A stretch of 64,000 nt of DNA from Candidatus Saccharimonadales bacterium. GTDB taxonomy: Bacteria; Patescibacteriota; Saccharimonadia; Saccharimonadales; JAGPDM01. The notes beneath the pieces are model-generated. The model saw only the letters and a program-made list of their open reading frames with translations, ran no database searches and had not been told where the DNA came from. A program made the translations under genes and the position numbers. This document shows, piece after piece, positions 59,401-64,000 of the stretch (positions are counted from its first letter, which is position 1; each line of letters starts with the position of its first letter). Where the stretch lies: NCBI GenBank assembly GCA_044227985.1, contig JBGAVT010000001.1, positions 6,216 through 70,215 of the forward strand. The letters run 5' to 3'.

Positions 59401-60481
59401 GGTTGTCTCCAAAGTTATATACATAACCTGTGACCTTGGCACCGTTAGCAACAGAAGCTTTGGTATTAAATCGGAAACTAGTTGTTGAGAGTTTAGTTGC
59501 GGTGAGGCTTTCGCACTTAGCACTAGGCGTTTGTACTGGCGGAGGAGTAACTGGTGTCACAGTAGCTGTGTCACATTTGTAGCCTGGAATTTCTTTGGCT
59601 ACAGTACAAGCGGTGTTAATAACCTTTGTCTTAGCGCTAAATCTTGCTCTAACGTCGATCTTTAGTTCATCACCAGGTTTAAGAGAGTACCATGCTGCAC
59701 CAGTATTATCTGTGCTGCCCCTGGTTACTACTCCACCACTTTTCTTCTGCCAGCTTCCGCTAACATAGGTTAGACCATTTGGTAGCTTGTCAGAAAGTGC
59801 ACCGTTCAATGTAACCTGACCATTATTAGTAGTCATAGATACGAATCGAACCACTTCACCTGACTTAGCTGAAACGTTTTCTTGTCCATTCCAAAAAGCA
59901 GCATCTGTTGTTGGACCAAGATCTTTTACTACCTTCTTTGAAATCGTGTAGCTTGGTACCTTTGGTGTCTCAGGACTAGTTGGGTGTGCCTTAATTGGAT
60001 TACCGCAAGATTTTACGATTGCCCATTTAAATTGACCATTAACAACCTTAACAAATGCAGGTAGTCTATCAGCTGCAAATGAATCATTGGTTGTACGGAC
60101 AAAAAAGGTTGTACCGTCAATCGTCTTTTGGGTAGAATTACCAATTGACTGTCGACCCATGCTCCATGCACCGGTCGCTACAACTTTATTGTCGACAACA
60201 ACAGTACCGTCTTTGTAGACCATGCCGTTGACAACGCCAGCGCTATCATTTGGATTGATACCGTAGTAATTAAACATGGTTTTAACACCACCACTATTAT
60301 TATTGTAAGCACCTTGAGCTTCGCCCAAACTACTTATACCACACGTGATTACTGAGTTTTCACTACAGTCACCAGCCTTAGCATTACTGATTGGGACCAG
60401 TATTGCCAGGAAAAGCATTAAAAGCCCTGAAGCCATCAGAACTTGCTTGTTTCCTAAAAAATGTTTGATGTAGGTTAACAT
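56456..60481 (-). CDS. Large LPXTG-anchored surface protein with about seven DUF11-like and two PKD-like domains
   Basis: Signal peptide; repeats K-x-V...Y-x-x-x-V-x-NTG-x-x-x-L-x-x-V-x-V-x-D...N-x-AC; Y-x-Y-(D/N)-FGD...H-x-Y PKD motifs; LPKTG, TM and basic tail. GAGGAGG SD places the start at 60481. Confidence 0.88.
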   Translation of the reverse strand: MLTYIKHFLGNKQVLMASGLLMLFLAILVPISNAKAGDCSENSVITCGISSLGEAQGAYNNNSGGVKTMFNYYGINPNDSAGVVNGMVYKDGTVVVDNKVVATGAWSMGRQSIGNSTQKTIDGTTFFVRTTNDSFAADRLPAFVKVVNGQFKWAIVKSCGNPIKAHPTSPETPKVPSYTISKKVVKDLGPTTDAAFWNGQENVSAKSGEVVRFVSMTTNNGQVTLNGALSDKLPNGLTYVSGSWQKKSGGVVTRGSTDNTGAAWYSLKPGDELKIDVRARFSAKTKVINTACTVAKEIPGYKCDTATVTPVTPPPVQTPSAKCESLTATKLSTTSFRFNTKASVANGAKVTGYVYNFGDNQTKTVNTNSLTNTVDHNYAKSFKYAVSVIVKTTVGDKVCNVGVDVSIPTPSATCESLTATKLSYNKFKFTTKAAVENGAKVTGYVYDFGDDKGQTVNTSSLTNTVEHTYAKSFKYAVKVTVQTTAGNKVCYVGAEVKIPTPAVTIDKKVDNVEKKEVKVGQNFTYQVKVTNTGDIDLKNVVVGDTAPAGVTLKSADKGTIKTPTTWNYTIPELKKGQSMTFNLVGVVKAYKAGNLVNIACVNAKEVNPTKPDAVDACDDAVVTVKVQTPNVKIDKKVDNVEKKEVKVGQEFTYQLVVKNTGDVDLKNVKVADSAPAGVTLTKADFGTIRNPATIEGADWEYTIPSLKIGESKTFKLTGIVKTYVAGELKNIACVNAPEVNPTKPNEADDCDDAIVTVTKQNPKIDIEKTSSITDGVEGQEFVYKLKVKNTGDVDLTNAKVTDKAPTGIKFLSADKGSVSADGKSYNATIANIKVGQTVEISIKAKVAGATGSVKNTACVDAVETPEDECDDVVIDIKKPNVSIDKKVDGVENKEVKVGAEFTYQLVVKNTGEVDLKNVSVRDAAPAGVTLISTDKGSIDAAKRNLSYIIPELKVGQSISINLKAKVVAYQAGNLVNTACVNAKEVNPNEPTNADDCDTATVTVTANPKLNVEKRVTTDLKAIGKDGYDKASEKAVVSPNDTVRYIYKVTNTGDVTLTNVKVKDYLPKGIEYVSGDPTEAVIKELKPGMSVYFEINAKAMNSGINKVCVTDDTNDDGKIDLEDCDTAEVEVNKKPMLDVEKKVTTDLNATGANGFNKALELVEVQSGSNVRFIIRFTNTGNMTLENVSVRDYLPAELVAAQGSNLKNVIKSIGKGQSVYIEFNAKATADGEGKVVTNYVCAADNDEGYVPESSREECAKVCKGGAMNADRYDCDEAQVKIVKAPVTPGPETPGSTPGIVGPSILPKTGAGMLGLGSVIAAVGASIRRWVISRRRLQSALLNG

Positions 60482-60557
60482 ACCTAGCACCTCCTCTTAA
60501 TTAAATGTTACTCCACCCGCACGCAGCCTCACGCTGTTATGTACGAATTCGCTAGCT

Positions 60558-60586
60558 ATGATATAACGGTCTTGTAAAATTGTCAA
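60558..60586 (-). promoter_or_regulatory. Sigma70 promoter of the surface-protein gene
   Basis: TTGACA-17 bp-TATCAT, giving a 5' UTR of about 70 nt. Confidence 0.7.
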
Positions 60587-60700
60587 GCATTATTTCATTA
60601 AAGTGCGTTTTATACAAAATACTGTTTGTTTTTATAATTACCATTAAAGGCTTGTCAGGACACCTTTGCAAGCATAAACGTCATTAATCTGTTGTTATAT

Positions 60701-62020
60701 TTAATAACAACATTTTTTAATCAGCGAGAACAAGGACTGATTGTGTGACATTGGCATGTTAAGATCGAAGTCGTCGGCTTTCGGAACATCGAACGGTAAA
60801 TGATATTCTGCATCCGGGAATTGGTCTTGTGCTTGATTATATGCCCAACGTAACTCTTCAACCTCACCTACACACTCTAGAGGCTTTGCGATATCATCTA
60901 CGCCAAGTAAGCCTTTATACGTATCTAGTAATTCTGGTTTTTGGAATAGATTACCACCTAGCATATGTTCTAATTGTTCTGGTTTGAGGAATGGAGCAAA
61001 TAGTAAAAATGCATTGGCACATTTCGGGCATTCGCCGCACCATCGGAGTTTTTTATTATCAACTCCCTGCTTGTAGTTAGCGACATTGCACGAAGAGAAC
61101 TTTTGGCCATATTCCACGAAAGCGTGATTGACGAATAACTCGGCAATCTTCACTTCATGAAACGGTCGCAATGGCGAACCGTATTCTATGCCTGCTGAAA
61201 CATAATTAGAAATATAATGCTGCATCAACTGTTCAGCTGGAAGTGTCTTTGACCACTGATGTTGGACTGCAATATTACCAATATACCCGCTCGGTTCAAC
61301 ACCCTCGTTGCCAATCGCCAACAAAACACGATTTAAATTACTAGCTACCATTTGCAAGAGCGCATGAGAACTAACTATGTATGTCACTGGAACGTGGCCA
61401 TTCAAACCACCGAGTTTAATGGCTTGCTTAAGATTTACAATATCCAATGTTCTTTTAGAGTGGACTATGGGTTTATCAAAACTGTCTAGGACTTTTGGAT
61501 GTGTATTCGTTGTAGATTCATACCAGGGCTGAAATTCCTGTTGACAGTCTTTTAATAATGTAGCTAGCAATAAAGAATCTTTACCGCCGCTTTGAAGTAC
61601 AAGGTTTCCAGCACCCTGATATTTAATTGTCGAGTCGTTTATTAATCCACCAAATTCAAACGAGATTCTTCCTTCAGGATTTAGTTGGTTCTCGAACCAA
61701 AACTGACTCATTCCATCAGTAAAAACTGTCGTTAAAAATTCAGATTGCCATTTATCAGGAATAGCTTTACTAAATTCAAAATTACTCGTTGGGAAAGCTT
61801 TGTAATAAGACGTTGCCGTTACGTAAAATGCTAAAATCAGAGCCTTTTGGAAAATGGGATTTGTTAGAAGCTCTTCTGGGTTTTCAGTTTCTATAGAAAC
61901 TGTCTCGCGAAAGCTAAGCGCAGGATTCGTATGTTTGTAGTTGAACCACGCTAGCTTCGCATTTGGATCGAAGCCATAGTCATCGAAAATGAAGGTATTA
62001 TCCTGATTAAAGGCATTCAT
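60701..62020 (-). CDS. murL: UDP-MurNAc-L-Ala-L-Glu epimerase (MurL family)
   Basis: SYYKA, SGGKDS, NGHVPVT, HQWSK, FSSCN, WCGECPKC, KPLECVG; ATGA-coupled to murD. Confidence 0.82.
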   Translation of the reverse strand: MNAFNQDNTFIFDDYGFDPNAKLAWFNYKHTNPALSFRETVSIETENPEELLTNPIFQKALILAFYVTATSYYKAFPTSNFEFSKAIPDKWQSEFLTTVFTDGMSQFWFENQLNPEGRISFEFGGLINDSTIKYQGAGNLVLQSGGKDSLLLATLLKDCQQEFQPWYESTTNTHPKVLDSFDKPIVHSKRTLDIVNLKQAIKLGGLNGHVPVTYIVSSHALLQMVASNLNRVLLAIGNEGVEPSGYIGNIAVQHQWSKTLPAEQLMQHYISNYVSAGIEYGSPLRPFHEVKIAELFVNHAFVEYGQKFSSCNVANYKQGVDNKKLRWCGECPKCANAFLLFAPFLKPEQLEHMLGGNLFQKPELLDTYKGLLGVDDIAKPLECVGEVEELRWAYNQAQDQFPDAEYHLPFDVPKADDFDLNMPMSHNQSLFSLIKKCCY

Positions 62021-63318
62021 AATTCTGCTACCAGTCGCTTAAATTCATTTCCTCGGTCAGTGAAATCAGAAAACATATCAGTACTGGGACTACCAGGACT
62101 AAATAACACCACATCGCCAGCTTCTGCTAGTTCTTTAGCTAACTTAAAAATGTCGTTAAATGAATCAGTTTTAGCTATGTAAGCTTCAACATTTAATCGA
62201 TTAAGCGAACTGCCCCATTTCTTAGCATTTGCGCCGTACGTGATTACCGTCTTTAGCTGTGTCATAGCAGACAATTGTGCGGATACTTCTTTGTAATCCT
62301 GACTACGTTCAGCACCACCAAGCAGTAGAACAACTGGAGATTTTAGGCTCGAAACTGCTGCAATGGTCGCACTCGGGTTTGATGAATAGCTATCATTAAC
62401 ATATGATATTCCATTTTTATTCGGCAATAACTCCATCCGATGTTCGAGTGGACTAAAATGTTCAAGAGTCGTTTCGATGATACTTTTGTCTTGGATTATT
62501 GGCCAGACAACTGAAAGAGCGGCACAAATATTCTCAGCATTATGATCACCAAGAAGCTGAACTTTATTCCGTTCAATAATCTTTTTCTGTCGGTAATATA
62601 TTGCCGTAGTATTGTAGTGACTGGTTTTTGGCTGGTTGTATGATTCAACACATCCGGCATTGGAATCTATTGTGAGTTGCTTGCTGACTTCACTTTGAGC
62701 ATTAAAAACTAACCGATCATCCAAAGTTTGAAACTTAGTAACCCTTGCTTTTGCTTGATGATAGTCCTCTAGTGAGTGATGAATATCGAGGTGATCTTGG
62801 CTGATCATTCCGATAACTGCAGTTTGCGGACTCATGGTCACGTCCCAGAGCTGAAAACTGCTCATTTCATAGACAACAATTTTTTTATTTGCATCTGAGC
62901 TATTAATTTCATCAAGCACATTCAGTGCTGGTTGACCTATATTTCCCACCAACCAAACCTGATATCCATCTGCTCGTAATATTGCAGTTATAAGGCTACA
63001 GATAGTACCTTTTCCTTTAGTGGCCGTTACACCAATAATAGGAACTTTACATTCTTCTAAGAAAAATTGCGTTTGGCTGGTTGTCCTATCTGCCGGCAGA
63101 AGATTGGGGTCAACGGATGGCGAACGCCACGCTAGATCAAAAGAATCAATTTCTTCTAGCCAATCATCACCTATATGGCTATCTAGTTCTCGATTATTAA
63201 CAGATTTTCTATCTAGAATTACCGGCTTGATACCATGTTGCAGTAGATATTGTGCTGTAGATTTACCCTCAACTCCATAACCAACTACGGCGTGCCTCTG
63301 GTGTTCGTGTAACGTCAT
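62017..63318 (-). CDS. murD: UDP-MurNAc-L-Ala--glutamate ligase (probably MurD2 type)
   Basis: GYGVEG, GVTATKGKGT, GNIG, EMSSFQL, DHLD-x-H, HRME, NDS, FSPG, F-x-x-RG-x-x-F. Confidence 0.9.
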   Translation of the reverse strand: MTLHEHQRHAVVGYGVEGKSTAQYLLQHGIKPVILDRKSVNNRELDSHIGDDWLEEIDSFDLAWRSPSVDPNLLPADRTTSQTQFFLEECKVPIIGVTATKGKGTICSLITAILRADGYQVWLVGNIGQPALNVLDEINSSDANKKIVVYEMSSFQLWDVTMSPQTAVIGMISQDHLDIHHSLEDYHQAKARVTKFQTLDDRLVFNAQSEVSKQLTIDSNAGCVESYNQPKTSHYNTTAIYYRQKKIIERNKVQLLGDHNAENICAALSVVWPIIQDKSIIETTLEHFSPLEHRMELLPNKNGISYVNDSYSSNPSATIAAVSSLKSPVVLLLGGAERSQDYKEVSAQLSAMTQLKTVITYGANAKKWGSSLNRLNVEAYIAKTDSFNDIFKLAKELAEAGDVVLFSPGSPSTDMFSDFTDRGNEFKRLVAEL

Positions 63319-63508
63319 AAAACTAGTATAGCAAAGCTAAAGGGGTCAATAGTTTCAAGTTTCAGTATGCCTTGGGTTGGTAAATTCGAGTCTTAATATT
63401 TTCCTTACTATGACAAATTACAATCTTTTAAGTGTTGGATTCAAAGGGTAAATATTGCTGTTTATATTAAGTTAATGGTTAGATTGATTTATGAAAATTT
63501 AAGAAACA

Positions 63509-64000
63509 TTATTTGTTGTTTCGAGAATGCCTATCTGAACTATTCATCGGTGTAGTGATACCCTTTGCACGCTTTAAAGCCACCTCACGCATATCATTGT
63601 AACGGTCGAACTCATCGACGATCTCCCTGCCTAAAATCTCTTCAACCACATCCTCCATGGTAATAACACCGACCATTTCCTTGAATTCATTAACCACAAT
63701 GTACATATGATTTTTAGTTTTCATAAACGCGTTCAAGACATGATCGAGTTTTTCGAGTTCATTCACAAAATAAACGTCGCCCTCAGCTGCTTCGCCAGCA
63801 CGGATTTTGTCACGAACATTATGCATATCACGCCAGAATAAGATGCCAACGACATGATCAAAATCTACAGAGTAAACCGGAAAACGACTGTGGCCACTAT
63901 CGTGTAGTTCATTTAATAACTCAGGACTAAGGACTGCACCTTCTTCAACTGCAACGACGACACTACGCGGGGTCATAACTTCTTCGATAGTACGATCACC
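63509..64000 (-). CDS. HlyC/CorC (hemolysin-like) CBS-domain protein, C-terminal part (starts outside the window)
   Basis: MTPR, GHSRFPV, H-x-x-IVVNEF, G-x-x-TMEDVVEEILG-x-EI-x-DE. Confidence 0.9.
   Translation of the reverse strand, partial: GDRTIEEVMTPRSVVVAVEEGAVLSPELLNELHDSGHSRFPVYSVDFDHVVGILFWRDMHNVRDKIRAGEAAEGDVYFVNELEKLDHVLNAFMKTKNHMYIVVNEFKEMVGVITMEDVVEEILGREIVDEFDRYNDMREVALKRAKGITTPMNSSDRHSRNNK

Noticed and set aside
57000-59500. DNA direct repeats as a mobile element or array
   Set aside because: Fully explained by duplicated DUF11 and PKD domains inside one CDS.
1-64000. Alternative genetic code 25 (TGA read as Gly)
   Set aside because: Conserved genes are full length under code 11 and several end at TGA in ATGA or TTGA overlaps.

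Overview
A 64 kb chromosomal window, mostly housekeeping genes, read in genetic code 11 (TGA is used as stop). Gene content and several short orphan families suggest Patescibacteria (CPR), probably Saccharimonadia-like; this is an inference, not a phylogenetic result. Core genes include smpB, two CAU-anticodon tRNAs, eno, archaeal-type ppcA, dus, guaA, guaB, murC, murD with murL, trmB, tsaC, mscL, mscS, folP, folK, mutY, aspS and prfB. The main surprise is a complete shikimate-to-chorismate operon (DAHP synthase, aroB, aroA, aroK, aroE, aroD, aroC) followed by chorismate mutase, a class IV aminotransferase and tyrA. It is preceded by an unannotated 18-codon leader peptide, MINNSANFFSFYWYATAD, with a near-consensus promoter and competing antiterminator/terminator hairpins. 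This looks like a ribosome-dependent attenuator sensing Phe, Tyr and Trp together. Other observations: a six-gene membrane redox cluster with a CRP-type box at exactly -41.5; widespread apparently leaderless gene starts; an Asn-rich repeat membrane protein; a 1,341-aa LPKTG-anchored DUF11/PKD surface protein; a heptamer tandem repeat that forms the murC promoter; and structured palindromic elements after tRNA-fMet and near 56.2 kb. No CRISPR array, rRNA, transposase, integrase or prophage was seen. All calls come from reading motifs by eye; no searches were run.
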